Below, piece after piece: positions 19,544-29,810 of a stretch of DNA of 64,000 bases. Source of the stretch: a virus (taxonomy: Duplodnaviria; Caudoviricetes); the IMG/VR virus record IMGVR_UViG_3300032303_002590; one strand, 5' to 3'. A program made the position numbers and the translations under genes. Position 1 is the stretch's first letter. Each line of letters starts with the position of its first letter. A model generated the notes under the pieces. The model was not told the origin of the DNA. It did no database searches and was given only the letters and a program-made list of their open reading frames with translations.

Positions 19544-19864
19544 ATGCCAAGTAGATATCAAATCGTCTCTACCATGAAATCAGATACAGGTGTTGTCTCA
19601 ACATCTGGTAAAGACATGTATAAACCAACTTACTATCCTAGTATTTATGCTAAATCTGATGATACTTATATTATAGCAGGCACTACAGATAGATTAGATA
19701 ATATAGCACTAGATTTTTACAGCGATTCAACTTTATGGTGGGTTGTAGCTATGGTAAATGATCTACCAGGTGATTCAATTTATCCTACACCAGGTCAATA
19801 CCTAAGAATCCCTAAAGATTTATCTTCAATATTAGCAAAATACAACCAATCAAACAATATATAA
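19544..19864 (+). CDS. LysM-like baseplate wedge protein (gp53-like)
   Basis: DRLDNIALDFYSDSTLWWVVAMVN...LRIP. Confidence 0.8.
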   Translation: MPSRYQIVSTMKSDTGVVSTSGKDMYKPTYYPSIYAKSDDTYIIAGTTDRLDNIALDFYSDSTLWWVVAMVNDLPGDSIYPTPGQYLRIPKDLSSILAKYNQSNNI

Positions 19865-19870
19865 TAAGTT

Positions 19871-22105
19871 ATGGCAATTGATTTAGATTATACTAACATT
19901 GCGGGTTCTCCCTTTCAACCCTATGTTGCTACTCAAATAGAAAAACGTAAAGACTTAGTTTATAATGAATTAAGAAGCTCAGACCAATTACAATGGCTAA
20001 ACAACAAAAATGTTTGGATCAGAGTAAGTTCAGGAGTTAATGTTTTACCAGGTAATAAATCCTATGATGGATTAGAAGACGATGCTTTATCTAAAAAATA
20101 TATACTTCAGGGAGGAGTTTTAAGTCATCCTACTGATAAAGAATATAATCTACGTTATGGAGTAGGTGAGGATAATGCTTATGGTTTAAAAGGCAAATCA
20201 AGTGATCCTACAATACCTAATAATTTTGGTCAAGTTCCAATGCCTGGTATTACAAATATTGCTGTTAAAACTGGTGGTAAATTAGGTACCTTAAAAGAAA
20301 CAACAATTGACTTTGTTTGTTATGGTATGGAGCAACTTCATATAATGGAAGCTCTTTATATGAAACTAGGTTTTAGTTTATTAGTAGAATGGGGTCATAC
20401 CTTTTTTATAGATAATAAATATGGTAAAGTAGAAACCAATGTTCAACCACTAGATTTTTATAAAATTAATTCTAAAGAGGAATTAATGGAGAAAATTACT
20501 GAATATAGAGTAATGCATAGTGGGAATTACGATGCTACTTGGGGTACTGTTAAAAACTTTACATATACTCTTGAAGGAAATGGAGCTTTTAAATGCCAAG
20601 TCCAATTAGTAGGAGCAGGAGATATTCTAGAATCATTAAAAATAAACGTATCAGGAAATTTTAAAGATGCAAACGCTTCAACACCTAGTATTGCTACCAA
20701 TGAAACAGGATCAGCATATCCTATAGTAGCGGATGCTAATGAATCATTATTAAATAACGCTTTATATTTTATATATTCTTATACCCCACAAGTAACTACT
20801 GAAGATAAATCATCATGGCAAAAATTTTATGATTATATATTACCATCAACCCCACCAGGAAGTGGTTATAATATAATTACAGAAAAAGATTATGCTTCAT
20901 TTTTAGATCCATTTTTTTTCAATTTAAATTTATCTATATCAAATTGGGAATCTAATACTGAATTACAACAAAAAGGATATAACTTTAGATTAATAAATAC
21001 TCCTGGTATGAATGCCCCGCATGAAGGTTTTATTGATTCTAAGGTACCACCATTATTTTATAAATCTTCATTTTTTGGAAAACTATCAGTTGATTTTGAA
21101 TTAACTGAAGAACAAGAAAAAGATCCAGGCGCTCAACAAAATTATATTACTTTAGGGCATTTACTTTTATTAATAAAGTCTACAGGTATGTTATACCAAA
21201 GAGGCGAAAATGATGGTAGAACTAAACAAAAACCTTACATTTATATAGATGTAAACCCTGAAACGAATAGATGCTATACATTCCCAGGACATTGCTCTTT
21301 AGATCCTACAATTTGTTTAATAGGATCCGAAACATTACCATTTGGAATAACATCTACTATGTTTGATGATATTAAAGCAAACTTTAATTGGTTTGATCCT
21401 GATGGATTAGGAGGAAGATTTATGTATACTTTAGTAAATCTAGACTTTGTAGCAAGTACTATGAAAAAGTACCGAGGAAATGATAAAAAAGGTGATGTTA
21501 ATTTTGTAGATTTAATTAAAGATATTTTAGACGGAATTTCTAAAGCAACTGGAGGTTACAATGAATTTAGAATAGTACCAGATGATGATACTAGATGTGT
21601 AAGAATACTTGATGATAGAAGAAAATCACAAAATAATAAATCTATTGATGATAATTACTATACAGAAATTCCAATTTTAGGTACAAAAAGTATTGCTTAT
21701 AATTTTAGTTATACTGCTAAAATTTCACCTAATACTGCAGCTATGGTAGTAGTAGCAGCTCAAGCTATTCCTACAGGAGTACAAGGAGCTGAAAATGCTT
21801 TATCATTCTCCCACTTAAATAAAGGATTATATAACAGATTAGGTGCTGTGACTGTAGATTCAGGTACTGAGGTCAATAAAGAAGTAGCACCTGGAGATAG
21901 TGCTGAATCAAGATATGTAGAGTTACGAACTTATATAGAAAACTTATATAATGGAAAAGGTGGAGCCCAAACAGAGGCTGAAAAAGCAGCATCTACCCCA
22001 GCAGCCCAAGCTATTACAACTAATTCTAATTTAGTAGCAGCAGGAGTTACAGATGAGATACATAATTCAGATGGAACAGTAACTTTTGTAGGACCTAAAA
22101 TTTAA
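19871..22105 (+). CDS. Baseplate hub-like protein
   Basis: PMPGI, LYMKLGFSLLVEWGH motifs; baseplate context. Confidence 0.6.
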   Translation: MAIDLDYTNIAGSPFQPYVATQIEKRKDLVYNELRSSDQLQWLNNKNVWIRVSSGVNVLPGNKSYDGLEDDALSKKYILQGGVLSHPTDKEYNLRYGVGEDNAYGLKGKSSDPTIPNNFGQVPMPGITNIAVKTGGKLGTLKETTIDFVCYGMEQLHIMEALYMKLGFSLLVEWGHTFFIDNKYGKVETNVQPLDFYKINSKEELMEKITEYRVMHSGNYDATWGTVKNFTYTLEGNGAFKCQVQLVGAGDILESLKINVSGNFKDANASTPSIATNETGSAYPIVADANESLLNNALYFIYSYTPQVTTEDKSSWQKFYDYILPSTPPGSGYNIITEKDYASFLDPFFFNLNLSISNWESNTELQQKGYNFRLINTPGMNAPHEGFIDSKVPPLFYKSSFFGKLSVDFELTEEQEKDPGAQQNYITLGHLLLLIKSTGMLYQRGENDGRTKQKPYIYIDVNPETNRCYTFPGHCSLDPTICLIGSETLPFGITSTMFDDIKANFNWFDPDGLGGRFMYTLVNLDFVASTMKKYRGNDKKGDVNFVDLIKDILDGISKATGGYNEFRIVPDDDTRCVRILDDRRKSQNNKSIDDNYYTEIPILGTKSIAYNFSYTAKISPNTAAMVVVAAQAIPTGVQGAENALSFSHLNKGLYNRLGAVTVDSGTEVNKEVAPGDSAESRYVELRTYIENLYNGKGGAQTEAEKAASTPAAQAITTNSNLVAAGVTDEIHNSDGTVTFVGPKI

Positions 22106-22109
22106 AAAT

Positions 22110-23084
22110 ATGCCAATAACATTTGATAAATCTAAAACCGACGGTTGTTTAAATACCTATAGAGAAATATTCTCTGATCCTTATAAATCAGGAGATGATA
22201 ATGCCTTTACAGGAGATGTAATATTGCCATTAGATTTTAGTATAGAAATGGATGGGTTAAGTGGGATAATTCCTCATTCGGCATTTGTTATTCCTGCTGA
22301 TTCTTTACCTAAATCTTATTTAATTAAAGAAGGACCTGAAAAAAGAAAACAAAAAATAGCATTTATTTTACATACTATTGAGCAAAATTTTGCTAATAAT
22401 AAGTGGACTACTAAATTAACAGGACAAGTACTTAATATTAGATTTGAACCATTGACTGAAGCCGAAAAGAAAGCAATTGCTGATGCTAAAGCTAAACAAA
22501 AATCTATTACTAAGTATGCTGATACTACTAAAGGGTATGGTGTTAGTAAAAATAAATTAGATGCTTATAATAAAGCAGAAGCTGCTTATCCTGGATTTAA
22601 AGAAAGATTAAGACAAACTGCTACTAATATTGGTGTTTCTGAAGATGTTTTATTAACAGTAATGTATAAGGAATCAGCAGGAACTTTATCCCCTACAATA
22701 AAAAATAATATAGGCTGTGTAGGTTTAATTCAATTTTGCCCTGATAAAGGAGGTGGATCTACAAAAACTATTAAAGGAGTTACTTATAAACTTTCAGATA
22801 TTCAAAACGCAGGACTTAAACAATTTGATTATGTTGAAAAATACTTTAAATCTTTAGGATTTAATAGTGGACATTTATCAACAGCTGGAGAATTATATGG
22901 AGCTACATTTTATCCTATTTCTAAAGGAAAACCAATAAATTGGGTATTTGGTAGTGAAAAAAGCTCTGAATACGCTATTACAGTAGCTAAACAAAATCGT
23001 GGTATAGCTGCTTTTAGTACTGCTAAAATAAATGGTCAAACTGTAATAGATAAAGCAGCATTTGAAAGATATGTTTATGCCTAA
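22110..23084 (+). CDS. Baseplate protein with C-terminal lytic transglycosylase/lysozyme-like domain
   Basis: N-terminal LDFSIEMDGLSGI hub-type motif; C-terminal VMYKES...GCVGLIQF SLT-like motif. Confidence 0.65.
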   Translation: MPITFDKSKTDGCLNTYREIFSDPYKSGDDNAFTGDVILPLDFSIEMDGLSGIIPHSAFVIPADSLPKSYLIKEGPEKRKQKIAFILHTIEQNFANNKWTTKLTGQVLNIRFEPLTEAEKKAIADAKAKQKSITKYADTTKGYGVSKNKLDAYNKAEAAYPGFKERLRQTATNIGVSEDVLLTVMYKESAGTLSPTIKNNIGCVGLIQFCPDKGGGSTKTIKGVTYKLSDIQNAGLKQFDYVEKYFKSLGFNSGHLSTAGELYGATFYPISKGKPINWVFGSEKSSEYAITVAKQNRGIAAFSTAKINGQTVIDKAAFERYVYA

Positions 23085-23096
23085 TAAAAATAAAAA

Positions 23097-23699
23097 ATGA
23101 AATACTTTCCAAAATCAAGAATAATCCCAAACCAAAAAACAACCCCAGGTCAATTTGTATCGGCAGATGGAAAAGAATATACTGGTTTATATTATACTAC
23201 TTTTAAAGGAGAATCATTTGCTGGAGCTAGTCCTACTTCAGGTAGTTCTTATCCTTTAACATCAAAACCACCAATAGCAAGTTTTGATTTTGGAAATCCA
23301 ACTATAGAAGGGTATAAACAATTAGTTCCTACTAAAGTTAATTTAGTTGATCCAACCCCATATACTCCACGCCCCACAGAAGCAGATTATAAAGCAGGAA
23401 AAATCACAAGATATTTTGCTAGGCAAAGAAATGGTACTACATTTAGATTAATGGAAATTGATAAATCAACATATGATGCTTTTACTACTAGTAAAGGAAA
23501 TGCAAATACAGCCTTATGGAAAGTAATTTCAATATTCTGGCAAATAAGTGGTCCACTTTATAACGAAAAAGTAAACGGAATACAAACCAGAGCAGGTGTA
23601 ATAGATACTAATCAAAGAATACTAGATAAAACAGAACCTAATTTTATAGGAATAAAACAATATCTAACAGATCTAACTCAATTTAGAAGACCTTTTTAA
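23097..23699 (+). CDS. Putative structural protein
   Basis: MKYFPKSRI...YTGLYY...ITRYF...WQISGP; end of the tail operon. Confidence 0.55.
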   Translation: MKYFPKSRIIPNQKTTPGQFVSADGKEYTGLYYTTFKGESFAGASPTSGSSYPLTSKPPIASFDFGNPTIEGYKQLVPTKVNLVDPTPYTPRPTEADYKAGKITRYFARQRNGTTFRLMEIDKSTYDAFTTSKGNANTALWKVISIFWQISGPLYNEKVNGIQTRAGVIDTNQRILDKTEPNFIGIKQYLTDLTQFRRPF

Positions 23700-23722
23700 T
23701 ATTTATTATAAAACACTAAAAA

Positions 23723-23821
23723 ATGGCTGAAGGTCTTATTGTTGGAATTATTATATTTGGATGTATCCTTATAATAATTGAGTATAAGGATTCAACTAAT
23801 TCAAATAAAAATAAACTATGA
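23723..23821 (+). CDS. Small membrane peptide (32 aa, not in the ORF track)
   Basis: MAEGLIVGIIIFGCILIII...; late motif at 23699; ATGA overlap with the next gene. Confidence 0.4.
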   Translation: MAEGLIVGIIIFGCILIIIEYKDSTNSNKNKL

Positions 23822-24639
23822 GCATCAAATTAAAAACAATACTCGATCAAATCCTAAAAGAAAGTACTGAAGAAAAAACATACACAGTTGATTACTGGTA
23901 CCGATATGGAAATGATGATAAAGAAATGGACGATATTGAAGTAAAAGCAACTTCTGAAGAAGAAGCAATTAAAAAAGCTAAAGAAAAAGCAAAAAGAGGT
24001 GCTATCCAATCTTCATTTAAAGCTAAAGAAAAATCTATAAAAGAAGATTTTAAACGTTTTGACTTTCAAAACACTACAGGCGGGGGAGGTAGAAGATTTA
24101 TCCCAAACCAAGGAATAATCCCTTCATCTATGTTTAATGATAAAGACTTTATGTTAAGCAATGATGGTACTAAACTTTACATGGATCCACTTTTAGTTAA
24201 TGCTATTGTAAACAGCAAAACTTTAACTAATAGAGCAGCCCAAGTTAGATATCAAGAATTTAAAGAAAAAATGGGCCCTCATTTCCAACAATTTAAAAAA
24301 GGATTAGAAGGTAGATTATCTAAAGTTTTAAAAAGTGGAAAACCATTTGATGTATGGAATGGAACCATAATGACTAATAAAAAAGGACAAATTGTTTTCC
24401 CTTATAGTGATATAGGAACTATAGCAGAAAGTGAAGATAATCTTAGACCACAATTACATACCCTTGTTGGTAATGAAATGAGATTAGGAAAAAGAGCAGA
24501 TATGACTGGTTATTCTCATCACGAAGAAGAACATAAAAAAGCAGAAAGAGAACTTAATACTTTCCTTAAAAATAATCCTTCTATGATGAATGATTTAGAT
24601 ACAGTTACAGATCATTTCATGAAACAATTATATAAATAA
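23818..24639 (+). CDS. Putative head-internal protein
   Basis: MSIKLKTILDQILKE N-terminus with repeated I/L-x-E sites. Confidence 0.45.
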   Translation: MSIKLKTILDQILKESTEEKTYTVDYWYRYGNDDKEMDDIEVKATSEEEAIKKAKEKAKRGAIQSSFKAKEKSIKEDFKRFDFQNTTGGGGRRFIPNQGIIPSSMFNDKDFMLSNDGTKLYMDPLLVNAIVNSKTLTNRAAQVRYQEFKEKMGPHFQQFKKGLEGRLSKVLKSGKPFDVWNGTIMTNKKGQIVFPYSDIGTIAESEDNLRPQLHTLVGNEMRLGKRADMTGYSHHEEEHKKAERELNTFLKNNPSMMNDLDTVTDHFMKQLYK

Positions 24640-24642
24640 AAA

Positions 24643-24966
24643 ATGGAAAACACATTTAATTTTAAAAAATATCTTGCTGAAGGAAAATTACTAAAGGAAG
24701 AAATAACCTCAGACGTAGAAGACTATTTAATTAACTTATATGATTTATCTTCAAGTGAAGAACATGAAGAAGGACAAGAAGTTAGTAGTATACTTTCTAG
24801 AGAAGAATATGGTGATCCTGAAGCATATGAAGATGCTGAAATGTTTGATAAAGCCTACAATGAAATAGAACAACAAGGTGGCTCTATTACAATTGAAGGT
24901 CAACCTGATATTACATTCTCTATTCAAGGAGACGATATAAAAATGGATTTCGTAGCAGAATACTAA
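24643..24966 (+). CDS. Acidic protein with MENTFNxKKxLAEG leader
   Basis: N-terminus paralogous to 27543-27800. Confidence 0.55.
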   Translation: MENTFNFKKYLAEGKLLKEEITSDVEDYLINLYDLSSSEEHEEGQEVSSILSREEYGDPEAYEDAEMFDKAYNEIEQQGGSITIEGQPDITFSIQGDDIKMDFVAEY

Positions 24967-25040
24967 AAAATAAAAATACAAACTAATTAGGCTCCCGTAG
25001 GGAGCCTTATTACATTATATAAAAATAAAGGTTATAACAA

Positions 25041-26378
25041 ATGTTTTACATAGTAGAAACACAAGATCAATTATCACAACTTCACATATCGGAAGAATGC
25101 TATATTAATGTTATTCCACTATCATCAAATTACCACCCTATATTAACGGAAGTATCCTTAATTTACTATAAACCAAAGTATGGTAAAGGATTAATACTAA
25201 CTATAAATCATAGTGAAGGATTTTATTTAAGTTTAGAAAAAGTAAAAGAATTTATTTTAAATCATAAAAATATTTATGTTTTAGATAAAAAAACAACAGC
25301 TCATTTAATGGGAGAGGAATTTTTAGCAAGTAAAGTACAAGATATAAATTTGCTTTCAATGCACACCTCCACTTCCACTCCGTATATACAAGATTGCGAT
25401 ACAAATATACACACCCATTTCGAACGACTTTATAAAGATAAATCTTATTTAAACTCGATTATCCCAATTTGTAAACATTATGAAAAACAAGAAAAAATAT
25501 ATGAAATAGTACAACAATGGGTAGGAAAACAACATGAAATAGCGTATTATAACGAGCAATATATTGAGGTGTTCTATGGTATTGAAAAACAAGGTATCAC
25601 GTTGGATATGCCTGTTTTTAATAAGAATTTTTTATTAGAAAATCCAAAATTTAATATAAGAGATAATAAGATTTATACTCAATTTAATTTAAATAACTTT
25701 ACCTCAAGACCCACTAACTCGTTTAATGGGATTAACTTTGCAGCATTAAATAAAAATAACGGACAAAGAGCATCTATTATTGCTCAAAATGATGTTTTGT
25801 TTGAATTTGATTACGATTCGTACCACCCACGTATTTTAGCAAAATTGGTTGGATACGAATTTAATGAGGCCTCTGTTCACACCCATTTGGGACAAATGTA
25901 TTTTAAAACAGAAGTATTAACTCCCGAACAATATCAAGCTTCTAAAGAATTAACATTCAAGCAACTATATGGAGGAGTATTTGAGCAATACAAAGACATA
26001 CCGTTTTTTGCTAAAGTAAAACAATATACAGATAAGATATTTAAAGATTTTAATTCCCTGGGATATATAGAGTTAGTTGGTGGGAGGAAATTATTTGCAG
26101 GGGATATTGAAAACGTTACACCACAAAAACTATTAAATTATATAATACAATCAGGAGAAACTTTTTATAATGTAAACTCGATAAAGAAAGTATTGGAGTA
26201 CTTGAATACTAGAAAAAGCCATATTATATTATACACTTATGATTCAATACTATTGGATTATAGTAGAGAAGATGGGAAGGAGGTATTAAAAGAAATTAAA
26301 AGGTTATTAGAAAATGAATTTGGATTTAAAGTAAATGCAAGTTTTGGAACAAATTACAATAATTTAAATAAATTATAA
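25041..26378 (+). CDS. polA: Compact family A DNA polymerase
   Basis: Motif A FDYDSYHPR, motif B KELTFKQLYG, NYIIQS, motif C YTYDSIL. Confidence 0.8.
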   Translation: MFYIVETQDQLSQLHISEECYINVIPLSSNYHPILTEVSLIYYKPKYGKGLILTINHSEGFYLSLEKVKEFILNHKNIYVLDKKTTAHLMGEEFLASKVQDINLLSMHTSTSTPYIQDCDTNIHTHFERLYKDKSYLNSIIPICKHYEKQEKIYEIVQQWVGKQHEIAYYNEQYIEVFYGIEKQGITLDMPVFNKNFLLENPKFNIRDNKIYTQFNLNNFTSRPTNSFNGINFAALNKNNGQRASIIAQNDVLFEFDYDSYHPRILAKLVGYEFNEASVHTHLGQMYFKTEVLTPEQYQASKELTFKQLYGGVFEQYKDIPFFAKVKQYTDKIFKDFNSLGYIELVGGRKLFAGDIENVTPQKLLNYIIQSGETFYNVNSIKKVLEYLNTRKSHIILYTYDSILLDYSREDGKEVLKEIKRLLENEFGFKVNASFGTNYNNLNKL

Positions 26379-26421
26379 ATTCTTTTGCACCCTTTACATA
26401 TTTATTGTAAATAATATAGAT

Positions 26422-27108
26422 ATGAAAATTTGTAAAAAGTGTAATATAGAACAAGATATAATTTTATTTGCTAAAAATAAAACAAAATCTGATGGTTTAC
26501 ATATATGGTGTAAAAAATGCACTAGTGAAAATAATAAAAATAGATATTTACTTAAAAGTGAATATATTAAAAATCAAACCAATTCTTATTACAACTCAAA
26601 TAAAGAAAACATTTTACCTAAGTTAAAAAAATATAGAGAACAAGATTTTATTAAAGAAAAACAAAAAAATTATATTAAACAATGGGTATTAGATAACAAA
26701 GATTCATATAGAAAATATCAAAATTCTTATACTAAACAAAGAAGAAAAAATGATCTCTCCTTTAAAACTATAGAAAGTTTAAAAATACAGATTAATCATT
26801 TTTTAAAAAAAGAAACAAAAAACAAAAAAACTGAAGATTTATTAGGATACACTTATAAGGAATTTATAGAAAAATTAGGAGTAATAGAAGAAAACCAAGA
26901 TTTAGATCACAAAATTCCAATTAGTTGGTTTATACCAGAAACTCCTATAAACATAATATGGGATTTAAGAAACCTGCAAATCACCTCAAGAAAATACAAC
27001 AGAAAAAAGAAAAACACCTATGCCGATTCAGTTAATAAAGAATATCATCAAACAGTTATAAAATGGATAAAACATACACAGTTATCAATGATTTCAACAT
27101 ATTTATAG
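26422..27108 (+). CDS. HNH homing endonuclease-like protein
   Basis: N-terminal CxxC...CxxC; DHKIPIS...NLQ...N; own late motif at 26398. Confidence 0.75.
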   Translation: MKICKKCNIEQDIILFAKNKTKSDGLHIWCKKCTSENNKNRYLLKSEYIKNQTNSYYNSNKENILPKLKKYREQDFIKEKQKNYIKQWVLDNKDSYRKYQNSYTKQRRKNDLSFKTIESLKIQINHFLKKETKNKKTEDLLGYTYKEFIEKLGVIEENQDLDHKIPISWFIPETPINIIWDLRNLQITSRKYNRKKKNTYADSVNKEYHQTVIKWIKHTQLSMISTYL

Positions 27109-27530
27109 ATAATGAGAATCTTTCATTAGACTATGATAATATGAATAACAAATTATTTTGTACGTTTTCAAGTAAGAACGACTTGGAAAGTACTTTATCC
27201 AATATACAATCAAAATATAAAATATTATTTAATAAGATATTTGTTTTATATGTTGAATCAACCGAAGAATACGTTTGTACTTACAATATAGACCACAACA
27301 ACATGAGTGGTGGATTATTAGAAAATACAATTTTATTACATAGAAAGAAAGAATCAAATACACTTTATACAATTAACGCTCTAAATGATTTAATAAAATC
27401 ATTAAATGGCGGTCAATTAGATACTTCATTTATGGTTAATTGGAAAGATTATCAAAACAGTATATTATTGACCCATGCAGGTGAATTAAAGAAATTAGAT
27501 ACTAAAATTTACAAAATAATTACACTATAA
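27063..27530 (+). CDS. Hypothetical protein (true start possibly near 27141)
   Basis: KLFCTF, LHRKKESNTLYTINALN; replication cluster. Confidence 0.6.
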   Translation: MDKTYTVINDFNIFIDNENLSLDYDNMNNKLFCTFSSKNDLESTLSNIQSKYKILFNKIFVLYVESTEEYVCTYNIDHNNMSGGLLENTILLHRKKESNTLYTINALNDLIKSLNGGQLDTSFMVNWKDYQNSILLTHAGELKKLDTKIYKIITL

Positions 27531-27810
27531 TTTAATAAAAAAATGGAAAATACATTTAATTTAAAAAAATTCCTTGCTGAAGGGAAAATGTTAAAAGAAG
27601 AAGTAGAAAATATTACTACTCTTACAGAATTAAAAGCATATCTTGATTCATTAGTCAATGATTATGTTGCAGCTACTAGTGAAATCGCAGGAGAAGATTT
27701 AGATTGGGACGGAAATGGCTCTAATATGGGGATAAATAAAACCGAATTAGTAAATGATTTTGTTGGTTATCTTACTGATGAAATACCATCTACAAAATAA
27801 TTACACTATA
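27510..27810 (+). repeat. 20-bp perfect direct repeat TACAAAATAATTACACTATA at 27510-27529 and 27791-27810
   Basis: Read directly from the sequence; flanks ORF 27543-27800. Confidence 0.9.
27543..27800 (+). CDS. Acidic protein with MENTFNxKKxLAEG leader
   Basis: N-terminus paralogous to 24643. Confidence 0.55.
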   Translation: MENTFNLKKFLAEGKMLKEEVENITTLTELKAYLDSLVNDYVAATSEIAGEDLDWDGNGSNMGINKTELVNDFVGYLTDEIPSTK

Positions 27811-27884
27811 GCTTGGATACCTGAAGTATCTTTATTATATTTACGATCACATAAATTAGTTTTAACATTAAAATCAAAAAAGTT

Positions 27885-28730
27885 ATGAATTTAGACTTGA
27901 TTCAAAACAAGCTGAATGCCCTATCCGCACCTAAAGGAGGTGGCATGAAAAACAATGAAAAAGCATTAAGCTTTTGGAAACCAACAGTTGGAAAAGCCTT
28001 AGTAAGGTTTGTTCCCTCAAAGTACAACCCCGAAAATCCATTTAGAGAATTATACTTCCATTATGGAATCGGAAAAAGAACAATTATTTCACCTTCAAAC
28101 TTTGGTGAAAAAGATCCAATTATCGAATTTTCAAAAGAACTTCGTAAAACTAAAGAACCTGAAAACTGGAAATTAGCTAAAAAACTTGAACCTAAAATGA
28201 GAGTTTTCGCACCTGTTATCGTTAGAGGTGAGGAAGACAAAGGAGTACGTTTATGGGAATTTGGTAAGGAAATTTATCAATCATTACTATCATTAGCTGC
28301 TGATGAGGATATCGGAGATTTTACCGATATCATGGAAGGTAGAGACATGAAAATTGAAACAGTAGGACCTGAAACTACAGGAACTGATTATAACAAATCT
28401 CGTATTATGCCTGCTTTAAAAACTACTCCATTATGTAATGATAATGACGAATTAAACAAATGGTTAGAAACACAACCAGATCCAACTTCATTTTCAAAAC
28501 GTTATACTTTTGATGAAATTAAACAATTCTTAGCTGAATGGTTAAATCCAGAAGAAGAAGCTAAAGAAGAAGGTAATATAATGGATGGACCTGCAACTGA
28601 ATTTGCACCAGTTCCTCCTAGTGAATCTAAATTTGAATTAGACACTAAACCAAAAGCAAATAAAGCATTTGCTCCTAAAAAAGAAATCCCAACCGCTGAT
28701 GAGTTTGACGACTTATTTGGTGATAATTAA
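27885..28730 (+). CDS. Single-stranded DNA-binding protein (gp32-like)
   Basis: FWKP...VRFVP, GVRLWEFGK, DIMEGRD, acidic tail DEFDDLFGDN. Confidence 0.8.
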   Translation: MNLDLIQNKLNALSAPKGGGMKNNEKALSFWKPTVGKALVRFVPSKYNPENPFRELYFHYGIGKRTIISPSNFGEKDPIIEFSKELRKTKEPENWKLAKKLEPKMRVFAPVIVRGEEDKGVRLWEFGKEIYQSLLSLAADEDIGDFTDIMEGRDMKIETVGPETTGTDYNKSRIMPALKTTPLCNDNDELNKWLETQPDPTSFSKRYTFDEIKQFLAEWLNPEEEAKEEGNIMDGPATEFAPVPPSESKFELDTKPKANKAFAPKKEIPTADEFDDLFGDN

Positions 28731-28737
28731 TTAATTT

Positions 28738-29808
28738 ATGGCCGGTAAAAAAACAGAAAGCCTTTCCTCTAAAGTGGGAAAGGCAGTTACTGGGACTTTT
28801 TCACTTGATAAGTTCAAAAAAGGTAAAAATCTAGGGCAAAGTTCATCTAATTTTAAACCACAAGCGTGGATTAATTTTACTGAACCTGTTAAAGAAATGC
28901 TAGAAATGCAAGGTATTCCTAAAGGGCATATCACTTTAGTTAGAGGTCATAGTAATACAGGTAAAACTACTTTATTAATTGAAGCTGCTATTGAAGCTCA
29001 AAAAACAGGTGTATTACCAGTTATTATTATAACTGAGATGAAACATAGTTGGGAACACTGGTCTGCAATGGGGTTTGAATTAGGAGAAGAAATTGATGAG
29101 AATGGTAATAAAGACTATAAAGGTTTCTTTATTTATGCAGATAGAGAATCTTTACAATGTATTGAAGATGTAGCAGCATTTATGGCTGATTTATTGGATG
29201 AACAAAAGAAAGGTAATTTACCTTATGACTTACTATTCTTATGGGATTCAATTGGATCTATTCCATGTAAAATGAGTATTGAAAAAAATACTAATTCACC
29301 AATGTGGAATGCAGGAGCAATGTCTCAACAATTTGCTAACTTTATTAATCAAAGATTGATTATGTCTCGTAAAGAATCACAAGCTTACACTAATACAATG
29401 CTTTGTGTAAATAAAGTATGGGTTGAACCAGCACTTATGCCAATGGCTCAGCCAAAATTACGGAATAAAGGCGGTGATAGTATGTTTTTTGATGCCTCAT
29501 TCATAATTACTTTTGGTAACGTGACTAGTCCTGGTACTCAAAAAGTAAAAGCTACTAAAAATGGTAAGGAAATTGAATTTGCTCTTAAAACTAAAGTATC
29601 TTGTGATAAAAATCACGTAACAGGTGTAACAGCTAAAGGTACTATTGTAAGTACAGCTCACGGGTTTATTAAAAATTCACCTAATGAGATAAACAAATAT
29701 AAAAAAGAACACTCTAAAGATTGGTCAGTTATTTTAGGAAGCGATGATTTTGATATCGTTGAAGAAGAAAACACTGATTTTGTAGGAGTAGATTTATCAG
29801 AAATATAA
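28738..29808 (+). CDS. RecA/UvsX-like recombinase
   Basis: GHSNTGKT Walker A, LFLWDSIG Walker B, KGG, DKNH. Confidence 0.8.
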   Translation: MAGKKTESLSSKVGKAVTGTFSLDKFKKGKNLGQSSSNFKPQAWINFTEPVKEMLEMQGIPKGHITLVRGHSNTGKTTLLIEAAIEAQKTGVLPVIIITEMKHSWEHWSAMGFELGEEIDENGNKDYKGFFIYADRESLQCIEDVAAFMADLLDEQKKGNLPYDLLFLWDSIGSIPCKMSIEKNTNSPMWNAGAMSQQFANFINQRLIMSRKESQAYTNTMLCVNKVWVEPALMPMAQPKLRNKGGDSMFFDASFIITFGNVTSPGTQKVKATKNGKEIEFALKTKVSCDKNHVTGVTAKGTIVSTAHGFIKNSPNEINKYKKEHSKDWSVILGSDDFDIVEEENTDFVGVDLSEI

Positions 29809-29810
29809 TT

